A DNA stretch of 64,000 bases from Patescibacteria group bacterium. GTDB taxonomy: Bacteria > Patescibacteriota > Minisyncoccia > Phycocordibacterales > PALSA-1337. The notes below the pieces were generated by a model. The model had not been told where the DNA came from and made no database searches. It saw only the letters and a list, made by a program, of their open reading frames with translations. Numbering within the stretch: position 1 is the stretch's first letter; each line of letters starts with the position of its first letter. The position numbers and the translations under genes were made by a program. The DNA lies in NCBI GenBank assembly GCA_018971685.1, contig JAGXAG010000002.1, forward strand, positions 66,276 through 130,275, written 5' to 3'. Below, in pieces: positions 18,086-29,192 of the stretch.

Positions 18086-19513
18086 TTACTGATTGGATAA
18101 ATTTTCAATAGCTTTGTGGATGCGTGACAATGATTCATTTTTGCCGAGGATAAAGGCGCAGACGAAAGGATCGGGTGATTTTTCTTGTCCGGTAAAAGCG
18201 ACACGCACGGGCCACAGGACATCGCCTTTGCCGTTGGCTTCTGCATAGCTCCACAAAGCGCTTTTAATGTTATCTGTGGTGAATTTATTTTCATCGACGG
18301 CGCTCAACAGTTTCGAAATTTCATTTAAGTGCCTTAAAGCGGTTTTCGGATCGGGATTTTTTTTCCAGAGAAGAGTCTCCTTGGCATAATCCGGCAAGTC
18401 CCTTACAAATGACAGTTCTCCGCCGGTTTCGAATAACATCGGAATTTCGCCGAAAGCGTGTATCTTATCCCTTATGAGTGGCATTATTTTAATGTTATTC
18501 CCGTTACCTCTAATGTCATTTCCGCGAAAGCGAGAATCCGGTAATTGCTCGCCGGTATTTGATACCCGCAGCCATTCAGGCATAAATTTACTCGCTTTAC
18601 CGATAAATTCTTCGTCATTTAATCTCATCAGGTACTGTCTATTGAACCACCTCAGTTTGTCTTGATTGAATACGGCACCGGCTTTTTGCACTTTTTCCAG
18701 ACTGAAAACTTCGGTTAATTCTTGCAGGTTGAATATTTCTCTGTCATCACCGGCATTCCAACCGAGAGAAGCGAGAAAATTGACAAAGGCTTCGGGAAGA
18801 TATCCGTTTCTTTGGTAATATTCAACAGAAACTATTTCGCCGTGTTTTCTTTTCGAAATTTTTTCTTTTTGTTCCGAAAGAATAAGCGGTATGTGAGCAT
18901 ATGACGGTCGTGGCGCTTCGCTTACGGCTTCCCATATGAGGATTTGCCGGGGCGTATTGGAAAGATGTTCTTCCCCCCTTATGATATGGGTTATGCCGGA
19001 ATTGATGTCGTCGATGACATTCGAAAAATGAAATATTGGTTCATCCAGGCTCTTTGCTATGACAAAATCTCCGAGTTCGGTGGTATTAAATTTAACCTCA
19101 CCTTTTATCAGGTCTTCGAATATTATGTCTTTATTATCATTCTTGAAACGAATAACCTCGCTCCTCTGCCCCTCTTCTCTAGGCTCTTCTTTTGATACAA
19201 ACGCTTTGCCGTTGGCAATAAGCTTTTCCAGATATTTTCTGTGAACTGGAAAATTCTCCGATTGTTTGTGAATTTGGTTGAACTTGATTCCAAGCCAATC
19301 GAACGCTTTTACGATACCTTCGGCGTATTCCGGCTTGTTTCTTTCAGCATCGGTGTCTTCTATGCGCAGAATGATCTTGCCACCGTTCTTCTTCGTAAAA
19401 AGATAGTTGAAAAGAGCTGTTCTGGCTCCTCCCACATGCAAAAATCCCGTCGGTGATGGCGCGAATCTGGTAACTATTTTTGTTCCGGAATAGATTTTGG
19501 CTTGTGAATCCAT
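18086..19513 (-). CDS. gltX: Glutamate--tRNA ligase
   Basis: TRFAPSPTGFLHVGGART, LRIEDTD, KISKR. Confidence 0.96.
   Translation of the reverse strand: MDSQAKIYSGTKIVTRFAPSPTGFLHVGGARTALFNYLFTKKNGGKIILRIEDTDAERNKPEYAEGIVKAFDWLGIKFNQIHKQSENFPVHRKYLEKLIANGKAFVSKEEPREEGQRSEVIRFKNDNKDIIFEDLIKGEVKFNTTELGDFVIAKSLDEPIFHFSNVIDDINSGITHIIRGEEHLSNTPRQILIWEAVSEAPRPSYAHIPLILSEQKEKISKRKHGEIVSVEYYQRNGYLPEAFVNFLASLGWNAGDDREIFNLQELTEVFSLEKVQKAGAVFNQDKLRWFNRQYLMRLNDEEFIGKASKFMPEWLRVSNTGEQLPDSRFRGNDIRGNGNNIKIMPLIRDKIHAFGEIPMLFETGGELSFVRDLPDYAKETLLWKKNPDPKTALRHLNEISKLLSAVDENKFTTDNIKSALWSYAEANGKGDVLWPVRVAFTGQEKSPDPFVCAFILGKNESLSRIHKAIENLSNQ
18493..18540. repeat. REP/dRS3/RPE-like short palindrome inside gltX
   Basis: GTCATTTCCGCGAAAGCGAGAATCC (variant of GTCATTCCCGCGAAAGCGGGAATCC) plus partial copy TGTTATTCCCG; encodes DSRFRGND. 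Confidence 0.7.
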
Positions 19514-19551
19514 GGCTCAATTGTATCACGGAAATCTTTTATAATCCCGTA

Positions 19552-19690
19552 AAAAATTGTGCCCACAGGTTTGGTACCGATGGACTTTGCGGCTACCCAG
19601 AATCGCCGCATCCTGAAAGAACGAAGGTAACCACTCATACTGGGTGTGATGGGTTACTGAAAAACCGGCCACAAAAGCCGGTTTTTCATT
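19552..19690 (+). ncRNA. Candidate structured small RNA (unassigned)
   Basis: TATAAT at 19540-19545, two hairpins with complementary ACCCAG/CTGGGT, terminator at 19658-19688. Confidence 0.45.
19658..19688. terminator. Bidirectional intrinsic terminator
   Basis: TGAAAAACCGGC-CACAAAA-GCCGGTTTTTCA. Confidence 0.85.
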
Positions 19691-19709
19691 CTCTGGACTT
19701 GAGCGGATA

Positions 19710-20207
19710 TTAACCCTTGACTCCGACATTGGCCGTGACGGTGGCGTGGAAAATCTTCATGATAACATTGCCATTCGCGTCTTTGATCGGTTGGTCGGCC
19801 GTAGCGCTGAATTTGCCACTACCGTTGTCTGTGTACATAACTGCATAGTAAGTGCCACCATCAATGGTCGGCTGAGTCAGAATAACTTTGACGGGAGCAA
19901 TGCCGGCATCAGCATGGGCCGAACCAATAATTGCGCCCGGTTGGCCATTATTGTCTTTTTGAATAACGATCCAAGTTGGTTGTGCCGCCTGCACGGACGA
20001 AATGTAGACGACATTGCCGGGGAATTGGTCGCTCACTATAACGCCGTTGGCGGTTTGCATAGTGGTCGTAGCTACAGTTGTCGGCTCTGTCGTCGGCGCC
20101 TCTGTCTTCTTGCCGCCAAATACAAATATGCCGATGACGATAAGGGCGACAATGACAATAACAGTAATCACCCACTGCCATGTCTTGACACCTGATTCTG
20201 GTTGCAT
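19710..20207 (-). CDS. Hypothetical membrane-anchored exported protein
   Basis: N-terminal TM, Thr-rich linker, beta-rich domain (SDQFPG, YYAVMYTDNG). Confidence 0.75.
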   Translation of the reverse strand: MQPESGVKTWQWVITVIVIVALIVIGIFVFGGKKTEAPTTEPTTVATTTMQTANGVIVSDQFPGNVVYISSVQAAQPTWIVIQKDNNGQPGAIIGSAHADAGIAPVKVILTQPTIDGGTYYAVMYTDNGSGKFSATADQPIKDANGNVIMKIFHATVTANVGVKG

Positions 20208-20348
20208 GTTGTTAAAATATTGTTAATTAAAGCTTTTAATTTCGACTTTGGTTATGAGACTATTATAGCACATATTGTCTTTGGCAATGCAATATTGACA
20301 ATCTGTTAACAAATCTGTGCATATCGAAGTAATTTTTCTATGAACTGA

Positions 20349-21482
20349 TTACTTTTCGTGTTCCAACGCTATATCCAGCAACGCGTCCGCGATGATATTG
20401 GCGCTGTCCAATCTTGCGAACGCCCTCGCGCGTTCTTTCATCGTATATGTTATTGCCGGCGAATCATAAATGCGATTAATTTCCTCGATCAAAATATGCG
20501 CGCTCAGATTGTCTTGTTCGATAATCGAAGCTGCACCAGTCCTGGAGTAAGCAAAAGCGTTCATAGTCTGGTCATGGCTTATCGAATCAGGCAGCGGGAT
20601 AATGATTGACGGTATGCCCCAAGATGCTATTTCAAATATAGTCGAGCCAGCTCTCGACACCACTATATTTGCAGTGCCGGCAGACATTCGAAGCGCAAGT
20701 TCATTCAGATAATCAAATGGGTGGTATCTATTCGCATTTTTATGGCCTTTCAATATGACTGATGTTGTCTGTTTTATTTCTTCCAAATTTGCTTTGCCGG
20801 TCTGATGTATGATTTGAAATTTATTGAGCAGCTCAGGTAATGCCTCCAAAATAGCGTCGTTGATGGCTTGAGCGCCTTGCGAACCGCCCAGGATGAGCAC
20901 TACCGGCGTATTTTCTTCAAGTCCCAGGAATTCCCTGGCGCCGTTAGAAAGCGGCACAGCAACCTCTTTTCTGATAGGATTGCCGGTATAAGCGATCTTC
21001 TCCTTATCGACCTTGAAATATTGCGCCGCGTCGGGATATGACAAAGCAATTTTGCGCGCGAATTTTCCGGCCCAAGCATTCACTTTGCCTGGTTTTGAAT
21101 CGGATTCGTGAATAACTACCGGAATCCCGAGTGTTTTTGCGGCGAATAAAGTCGGAAAGCTTGCATAGCCGCCTTTACCGAATATGACATCCGGAAAAAG
21201 CGAATATATCTTCAGTAGCGCGGTAAGGCACCCGGCGACGGTTTTCATGCCATCGGTTATGTTCAGGACAGAAAAATAACGCCGTATCTTTCCTGCCGGA
21301 ATATTGATGTACTCCAATTCATTGTCGAACAATGCCCTGGGATTGTATTTACTCGGCGCGGCGTAATAGAGCAATGGCCGCAGGATTTTACGTTCTTTAG
21401 CTTTCTCCATAACAGCCTGTGCCACCGCGACGATTGGGTAAAAATGTCCGCCCGTGCCCCCGCCGGTAAATAGGATTTTCAT
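20349..21482 (-). CDS. murG: Undecaprenyl-PP-MurNAc-pentapeptide GlcNAc transferase
   Basis: TGGGTGGHFYP, GKGGYAS, TGNPIR, GGSQGA, SRAG. Confidence 0.95.
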   Translation of the reverse strand: MKILFTGGGTGGHFYPIVAVAQAVMEKAKERKILRPLLYYAAPSKYNPRALFDNELEYINIPAGKIRRYFSVLNITDGMKTVAGCLTALLKIYSLFPDVIFGKGGYASFPTLFAAKTLGIPVVIHESDSKPGKVNAWAGKFARKIALSYPDAAQYFKVDKEKIAYTGNPIRKEVAVPLSNGAREFLGLEENTPVVLILGGSQGAQAINDAILEALPELLNKFQIIHQTGKANLEEIKQTTSVILKGHKNANRYHPFDYLNELALRMSAGTANIVVSRAGSTIFEIASWGIPSIIIPLPDSISHDQTMNAFAYSRTGAASIIEQDNLSAHILIEEINRIYDSPAITYTMKERARAFARLDSANIIADALLDIALEHEK

Positions 21483-21532
21483 GCAATCATTATATATTAC
21501 CCGGTCAAGGTTGACAAAATATCAGTCCGCAT

Positions 21533-22633
21533 TCAATTACTAGAATATTTTGAGACATTTGCGACAATACCGGCGGCGGCGAGTGTAATGATAAGGGCTG
21601 TGCCGCCGTGAGAAATAAACAGGAGTGGTACTCCGGAGAGCGGGACAAGACCGAGCATGGCGCCCATGTTTAGAAATGATTCCGTGACTATAAGTACACC
21701 GATACCTACAGCCAGCATTCCGCCGAAGGTATCAGGTGCGCGTGCGCCTATACGAAACGAAGCAATCGAGAAGAACAGATACAATGCCAGCAAGAAAATA
21801 CCGCCGACAAAGCCGAATTCTTCGGCCGCGACCGCGAAGATCGAATCGTCGGTCGGTTGAGGCAAGTAACCGAATTTCTGTATGCTCTGTCCGAAGCCGC
21901 GACCAACAAATCGACCAGATCCGATCGCGATCAGCGACTGGTTTATCTGATACCCCGCGCCTTGCGTATCACTGCCGCGGTCAAAAAACACTTTGACTCT
22001 CTCTAGTGCGTATGGCCGAAATACGATAACGCCCGCTACCAAAATGACAAGTAACGCACCGGCCAGAAACATATGCTTCATCGGCAGTCCGGCTATCAAG
22101 AACATCACCAATCCCGTGAAGCTGATGATAACCAGCGTATCAGTGTCGGACTGGATCAGCAGCAATATGCTCAACACCGCCACGAGTACGACGAAAGGTA
22201 CGAGTCCGAATTTTAGAGTTTTAACCTTTTCTTTGACATGTTGTAGCCACGCAGCCACATATATGATGAAAGCAATCTTCAAGAATTCCGACGGCTGAAA
22301 AGTCAAAAAGCCGAGATTGATCCACCGTGACGCGCCGCCGTGATACAGCGAAAGCTTCGGTATGAACAGCAACAAATTCAATACAATCGCCAATGACAAT
22401 ACAAAAAAAGCTGTCTTGCGCCAAAATGAATACTTGACGCGCGACAAAATGAAAAAAGCGGCCGCGCCAATTAGCAAGCTGACAGCTTGTTTCATTGCGA
22501 TCGTGCCGAAACTAGCGCCATTCTGCGCCAATAGGCCGAGCGAAGCTGACAAGAATATTACGAAGCCGGCCAGTGTCAGTACGGCGACGGAGGCCAGAAA
22601 AAACCGATCAATTTTGAGCGAGTTTGAAGCCAT
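21533..22633 (-). CDS. ftsW: SEDS peptidoglycan glycosyltransferase FtsW
   Basis: RWINLG, QPSEFLK, GYQ, GSG, AEEFGF; upstream of murG. Confidence 0.9.
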   Translation of the reverse strand: MASNSLKIDRFFLASVAVLTLAGFVIFLSASLGLLAQNGASFGTIAMKQAVSLLIGAAAFFILSRVKYSFWRKTAFFVLSLAIVLNLLLFIPKLSLYHGGASRWINLGFLTFQPSEFLKIAFIIYVAAWLQHVKEKVKTLKFGLVPFVVLVAVLSILLLIQSDTDTLVIISFTGLVMFLIAGLPMKHMFLAGALLVILVAGVIVFRPYALERVKVFFDRGSDTQGAGYQINQSLIAIGSGRFVGRGFGQSIQKFGYLPQPTDDSIFAVAAEEFGFVGGIFLLALYLFFSIASFRIGARAPDTFGGMLAVGIGVLIVTESFLNMGAMLGLVPLSGVPLLFISHGGTALIITLAAAGIVANVSKYSSN

Positions 22634-23138
22634 TTATATCTTTTTTCACCTGTTCGAATTCCGGCAGCTCGTCTATTTTAGAAACGCCGAGATAAGCCAA
22701 TAATTCCAGAGTCGGCTTGTACAAAAAGCTTCGCTGGTCTTCGGGGTTTTCGACTCTTTCGGCCAATCCTCGGATCAAGAGAGCGCGCAAGATAAATTGC
22801 GAATTGACGCCGCGAATGTAGTCTATCTCGACGCGGCTGATCGGGCCTTGGTATAAGATTATTGACAAGGTCTCGAGCCCGGCTTTGCCTAAGTCGCGCG
22901 AGAGTTCGTCTTTGGCCAGCTGTTCTATGAGCGACGACAGTTCTTTGGAAGTACCGAGCACAACTTCATCGTCGGTTTCTACCAGCGAAAGTCCCCTGCC
23001 CTTCAGTTGGCTTTTCAGTTCAGCAAGGCCGTTTTTGGCGGCTTCAACATTGACGCCTAGCAGTTGCGCCAATTTCTTCACGGCGACCGGTTCGGCTTTC
23101 CAAAACAACACGGCTTCGATCTTTTGCACAAGTTCCAT
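22608..23138 (-). CDS. scpB: SMC-Scp complex subunit ScpB
   Basis: IEAVLF, LETLSIILYQGPISRVEIDYIRGVNS. Confidence 0.93.
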   Translation of the reverse strand: MELVQKIEAVLFWKAEPVAVKKLAQLLGVNVEAAKNGLAELKSQLKGRGLSLVETDDEVVLGTSKELSSLIEQLAKDELSRDLGKAGLETLSIILYQGPISRVEIDYIRGVNSQFILRALLIRGLAERVENPEDQRSFLYKPTLELLAYLGVSKIDELPEFEQVKKDINGFKLAQN

Positions 23139-23186
23139 TCAGTTATTATAACAAAAATATTAACCTATGGTACCGCGCCGCCGATA

Positions 23187-23909
23187 TCAATAAGTAGGCA
23201 CGCTGACTTCTTTGGTTTCCATTTGGATGTCATCAAAAGCTTTTTCTTGAGTAACACGCAAAATGCCGTTTTTTACCAATTCAAGCATGGCCAAAAAACT
23301 GACGATGATATTGACGCGATCGCCTTTGTGCTCGCCGGCAAAGTCCTTGAAGCTCATGCGGAGACGTTTATTGATGCGTTCGGAGAGCGTGTCTACCATT
23401 TCCTCGAGACTGATGACTTTCTTTACTACGGTTTGCGGCAAAGTTTCTTTCTTCGGCAAACGATCGAGCAAATCTTTGAGCGTATGCAAAGCTTTTTCCA
23501 AGGTAAATTCCTGGTTTGGCACGAATACTGGCTCCATCGACCGAGATTGCGACTGTTGAAAGATGATCTCGGCGCCGAACATCCGTTCTATGTGTTTGCC
23601 GGCTTCTTTGATGCGCTTGAATATTTTGAGCCTTGTCTCCAGATCATGGATGTCGCTTTGTTCTTCTTGGGTCAGATTCAATTCTGGTAACAATGACTTT
23701 GACTTGATAAGCAATAGGGTAGATGCAACCAGAATGAAATGCGCGGATTCGCCCATCGGCAAGTTTTCATATTGCTTTATGTGCGCGATGAAATCGTCGG
23801 TGACTTTTGCAAGCGAAATGTCGTTGATGAAAAGTTTGCGCTTTTCGATTAGCTCGAGCAATAAATCAAGGGGACCTTCGAAGCTTATGGTTTTTACCGT
23901 GAATGGCAT
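23187..23909 (-). CDS. scpA: Segregation/condensation protein ScpA
   Basis: FEGPLDLLL, IKSKSLLP, FLAMLELVK. Confidence 0.93.
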   Translation of the reverse strand: MPFTVKTISFEGPLDLLLELIEKRKLFINDISLAKVTDDFIAHIKQYENLPMGESAHFILVASTLLLIKSKSLLPELNLTQEEQSDIHDLETRLKIFKRIKEAGKHIERMFGAEIIFQQSQSRSMEPVFVPNQEFTLEKALHTLKDLLDRLPKKETLPQTVVKKVISLEEMVDTLSERINKRLRMSFKDFAGEHKGDRVNIIVSFLAMLELVKNGILRVTQEKAFDDIQMETKEVSVPTY

Positions 23910-23911
23910 AT

Positions 23912-24889
23912 TTAATTCACCTGCACACCAATCGCTTTTTTCGCCAAAGATAACTTCGCATCCGCTTTTATCTTCGCTTTATCCGCTCCGTCGGCTAATA
24001 CTTTCAGCACGGCATTTTCGTCTTTCGCCAATTCAGCGCGCTTTTCTCGGAGAGGTTTGATAAACACACCAATATCTTCAATCAGAGCCTCTTTCAAAAC
24101 TTTGTATTTACCTTTATTTGCTTCATAAAGCGGCTTCAATTCGGACTCCGATTTGAATAATTTGTGAATGGCATAAACATTCTTCGGAATCTCCGAGTCT
24201 GAATCCGTCACAATGCTCATAACCGCTTTCTCAATATCTGCGCGACTAGCGAATAATTCTATGGTATTGCCGTAGCTTTTTGACATTTTTCTGCCATCAA
24301 TTCCTGGTACGGTAGCCACATCTTCCATGATAAGAGGTTCGGGCAATTTGAAGACACCGCCTTGGTCGCATTCGTTACCATTGCAAAATGTGTTGTTGAA
24401 TTTTTGCGCAATATCGCGTGCATACTCGACATGTTGCTTTTGATCCTGGCCGACGGGTACAACATCGGCATCATATAGTAATATGTCGGCGGCCATGAGT
24501 ACCGGATAATTGAATGTGCCTACATTTATCTCTTTATTCTTGGCTACGGCATCTTTGTAAGCATGGGCTCTCTGCAAATATGGCACGGTCACAATAGTGT
24601 CAAAAATCCATGCGAGCTCAGTATGAGCCGATATATCAGATTGTTTGAAAAGCGTAGCCTTATTTGGGTCTAGTCCGATCGCGAGGTAATCGATCGCCAG
24701 ATCGAGAGTATTTCTTTTCATCTCCTCGGCGTTTTGGATCAAATTCAAGGCATGATAGTCGGCGATGAAGAAGTAACATTCATAGTCGCCGGAATTAAGT
24801 AGCTGTACGAACTGTCTCATGGCGCCAAAATAATTGCCGATATGCGGCCTGCCAGTTGGTTTTACTCCGGAAAGTAAGATTTTTTTCAT
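23912..24889 (-). CDS. trpS: Tryptophan--tRNA ligase
   Basis: SGVKPTGRPHIGNY, YPVLMAADIL, VPVGQDQ, KMSKS. Confidence 0.97.
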   Translation of the reverse strand: MKKILLSGVKPTGRPHIGNYFGAMRQFVQLLNSGDYECYFFIADYHALNLIQNAEEMKRNTLDLAIDYLAIGLDPNKATLFKQSDISAHTELAWIFDTIVTVPYLQRAHAYKDAVAKNKEINVGTFNYPVLMAADILLYDADVVPVGQDQKQHVEYARDIAQKFNNTFCNGNECDQGGVFKLPEPLIMEDVATVPGIDGRKMSKSYGNTIELFASRADIEKAVMSIVTDSDSEIPKNVYAIHKLFKSESELKPLYEANKGKYKVLKEALIEDIGVFIKPLREKRAELAKDENAVLKVLADGADKAKIKADAKLSLAKKAIGVQVN

Positions 24890-24901
24890 AATACAATTAT
24901 A

Positions 24902-25828
24902 TCACAACCCTTCCCCTTTCAACCTTTCAATCAATTCTTGCGCCTGCCTGCTCAACTTCTTGGGCATATTCACATGTGTGACAATAAGGAGATCGCCGCG
25001 TTTATTGCCGTATGGCACGCCCTTGCCTTTCAGGCGAAGAATTTCGCCGTGGGTAGTGCCTTGGGGGATCTTGAGTTCAATGTTGCCGTCGAGAGTCTCT
25101 ATCTCGATAGTGCCGCCCAGAAGCGCCGTGGACAATCTCACATTCAGATTCATGACTAGATGGAATCCTTCCTTCCTGATACTCGGGTGCTCTTTTACCC
25201 AGATTCTGACTACTAGGTCGCCGGGTATTCCATTTTGGTCGTTCGAAGGCTCGCCTTTGCCTGCGATTCGCAGACCTTGGCCGTTCTCTATGCCGGGCGG
25301 GATCTTGACCAGCAGCCTTTCCTTCCTACCCCCGACGACGACCTCTTTTTCAACGCCGAATACAGATTCCTTGAATGAAATTTCCATGTCCACGGTTATG
25401 TTCTTGCCTCTTCTGGCATGTTTCCTGCCGCCGAAAAATTCGCCGAATATGTCGCCCAAGTCGAATTCCACGCCCTGGCCGCCGGTAAAATTAGAGAAAT
25501 CAAAATGAAATCCTTGTCCGTTCGTGCCTTGGGTTGAGAATCCTTGGAAACCGTGGCCGAAATCAAATCCGCCGAATCCTTGTCCGGCGGCGCCGGCATT
25601 CGGGTTGAATCCATGACCAGCAGAGCCGAACATGTCATACTGCTTGCGCTTGTTGTCATCCGACAGCACCGAATACGCCTCGCTCGCCTCCTTGAAGCGC
25701 TTTTCTGCCTCCGGATTGCCCTTGTTCTTGTCCGGATGATTCTCGTGCGCCAACTTCCTGAACGCCTTTTTGACATCGTCCTTGGAGGCGCTTTTGTCCA
25801 CCCCCAGAATTTTGTAGTAGTCTTTCAT
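24902..25828 (-). CDS. dnaJ: DnaJ-family co-chaperone lacking the zinc finger (class B)
   Basis: J domain with HPD, G/F-rich region, C-terminal domain; no CxxCxGxG repeats. Confidence 0.9.
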   Translation of the reverse strand: MKDYYKILGVDKSASKDDVKKAFRKLAHENHPDKNKGNPEAEKRFKEASEAYSVLSDDNKRKQYDMFGSAGHGFNPNAGAAGQGFGGFDFGHGFQGFSTQGTNGQGFHFDFSNFTGGQGVEFDLGDIFGEFFGGRKHARRGKNITVDMEISFKESVFGVEKEVVVGGRKERLLVKIPPGIENGQGLRIAGKGEPSNDQNGIPGDLVVRIWVKEHPSIRKEGFHLVMNLNVRLSTALLGGTIEIETLDGNIELKIPQGTTHGEILRLKGKGVPYGNKRGDLLIVTHVNMPKKLSRQAQELIERLKGEGL

Positions 25829-25911
25829 ATTAATTCTTTCTTAAGTTTTATGGTGACCGTTCCTTTCACCCTACCATAAGCACGCTTTCTTACTTCTTCT
25901 CCTTGAACTCT

Positions 25912-25944
25912 GCCCCTCACCCTCGCTTTGCTCGGGTTCGGGGC
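25912..25944. repeat. Short palindromic element with TCGCTTTGCTC loop
   Basis: GCCCC-TC-ACCC-TCGCTTTGCTC-GGGT-TC-GGGGC. Confidence 0.6.
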
Positions 25945-25962
25945 CTGGAGTTTTTTGTTAAT

Positions 25963-27876
<1,914 letters not shown>

Positions 27877-27928
27877 AATATTGACAATTATTTACTGATA
27901 TGCTATTAAATATGCAGACAAAACAGGT

Positions 27929-28474
27929 ATGAACACACAACTTGGAGAACTTCTGAAACACGCTCGACAGTTAATCGGCAAGACGATCAAACAGATTTCC
28001 GATGAGACCGGTGTTGACAGAACGGTCTTGTGCAGAATGGAAAACAATCATCGAAAATGTCCTCGCAAGAAAGTCATGGCCATTGCATTGGCGTATGGAC
28101 TTACGAAGGAGCAAATTCTATCTGCCGGTCTTTCAGTAGACAGCGCGGTCATGACTGAAAACATCGCTGGCCTTTTCTTTTTACCTCCAATTTCAATCCA
28201 CCGCCACCAACTTGCTCGGACTAGTGTGTCCATGAATGATCATCACAGACCGGTTTGGATACATGCTCCTAAGGATTTCAATGACCCGATGATTTGCCTG
28301 ATTTCTCTCCGCTTTTTCTCGGACACTAATAATAAAGTGATCACTGCTTTCTTTGATCACCGATTCTTCGCGCGAGTTTGGCTTGACTCTGACCTTGATA
28401 TACATCGCGCGGTTTATCGAAAAGCGGGCGCGCGAGTCGGTTGGCTGTTTATGAGAAATTCCATGGAGAAATAG
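27929..28474 (+). CDS. XRE-family HTH protein; C-terminal half overlaps a DUF167 gene antisense
   Basis: LGELLKHARQ...TIKQIS..TGVDRTVLCRMEN HTH; only the first ~85 aa look native. Confidence 0.6.
   Translation: MNTQLGELLKHARQLIGKTIKQISDETGVDRTVLCRMENNHRKCPRKKVMAIALAYGLTKEQILSAGLSVDSAVMTENIAGLFFLPPISIHRHQLARTSVSMNDHHRPVWIHAPKDFNDPMICLISLRFFSDTNNKVITAFFDHRFFARVWLDSDLDIHRAVYRKAGARVGWLFMRNSMEK
28193..28405 (-). CDS. DUF167 (YggU-like) protein
   Basis: IKVRVKPNS, ISVREKAERNQAN, IIHGHTSPSK. Confidence 0.85.
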   Translation of the reverse strand: MYIKVRVKPNSREESVIKESSDHFIISVREKAERNQANHRVIEILRSMYPNRSVMIIHGHTSPSKLVAVD

Positions 28475-28728
28475 GGCGAGACGAAAGATTTACGATTTAT
28501 GAGATGCGATTCGATGGGCGCGCGGCCTGCGAGCGTGGCGCATTGCAGGCATGTGAAAGATTCGCGCGCAGAGACAGAGCCTCGGATAAGCGCGATCGGC
28601 TCGGCGGAAACAATCCGTCCTTTGACTTCCCCATTGATATAAGAGACCGCGAAAATCACCCGGAATTGGTGGCCGAAGTCGTCATAAATGATTTTCTCGA
28701 TAAATTGCGGGCGATAAGGGGTTAACAT
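28414..28728 (-). CDS. Hypothetical protein
   Basis: 104-aa ORF with TAAAAT-6nt-ATG start, co-oriented with neighbours. Confidence 0.6.
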   Translation of the reverse strand: MLTPYRPQFIEKIIYDDFGHQFRVIFAVSYINGEVKGRIVSAEPIALIRGSVSARESFTCLQCATLAGRAPIESHLINRKSFVSPYFSMEFLINSQPTRAPAFR

Positions 28729-28743
28729 GTGATTATTTTACGA

Positions 28744-29187
28744 CTACAGTTTCTTTTTTGGTTCACTGTTTTTCTCCATATAATCTACGAAAGCTTTTCC
28801 GAAAGTGCGGAATATTTCGGGAGCTTTTTGCGCATATTCCATGACTCGTTCAGGATTTGTCTTGTCGTAGTCGTGGACCAATAGGTTGCGGAATCTTGCC
28901 ATGTCCGCTTGTGCCTTGGCAAATTTTTCATTCACAATGCCGTATTCTCCAAGCGCTAGAATAACTTGTTCGTAAGTTGACGGGGTGTCGTGCGAGCCTT
29001 CCGCCAATAAATGCGAGCCAATGTCGATTATTATTTCTATGCTGATCTGTAAAAGATGCTCCAGCCCGTTATACAGCGGCCGATCTTTGCGAAGCTCGCT
29101 TTCTCTGTTTTTCATCAAATCATCGATAAAGTCGCTGTTTTGTTTTAATCTGAAAAGCTTGTCTTTGACTGTGTCGGCGTTGAACAT
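28744..29187 (-). CDS. HEPN/DUF86 ribonuclease toxin (HepT-like)
   Basis: Rx4HxY motif RNLLVHDY. Confidence 0.88.
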   Translation of the reverse strand: MFNADTVKDKLFRLKQNSDFIDDLMKNRESELRKDRPLYNGLEHLLQISIEIIIDIGSHLLAEGSHDTPSTYEQVILALGEYGIVNEKFAKAQADMARFRNLLVHDYDKTNPERVMEYAQKAPEIFRTFGKAFVDYMEKNSEPKKKL

Positions 29188-29192
29188 GGTTT

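Noticed and set aside
19611-19630. Hammerhead ribozyme call from CTGAAAGA..CGAAG
   Set aside because: Does not match the CUGANGA...GAAA core and lacks stem II; kept only as an unassigned ncRNA candidate.
20290-20335. DnaA-box-like words (CTGTTAACAA, TGTGCATAT; also GTGGATAG near 10717) as possible oriC
   Set aside because: Too few and too degenerate, no dnaA/dnaN nearby, and no switch in gene orientation bias.
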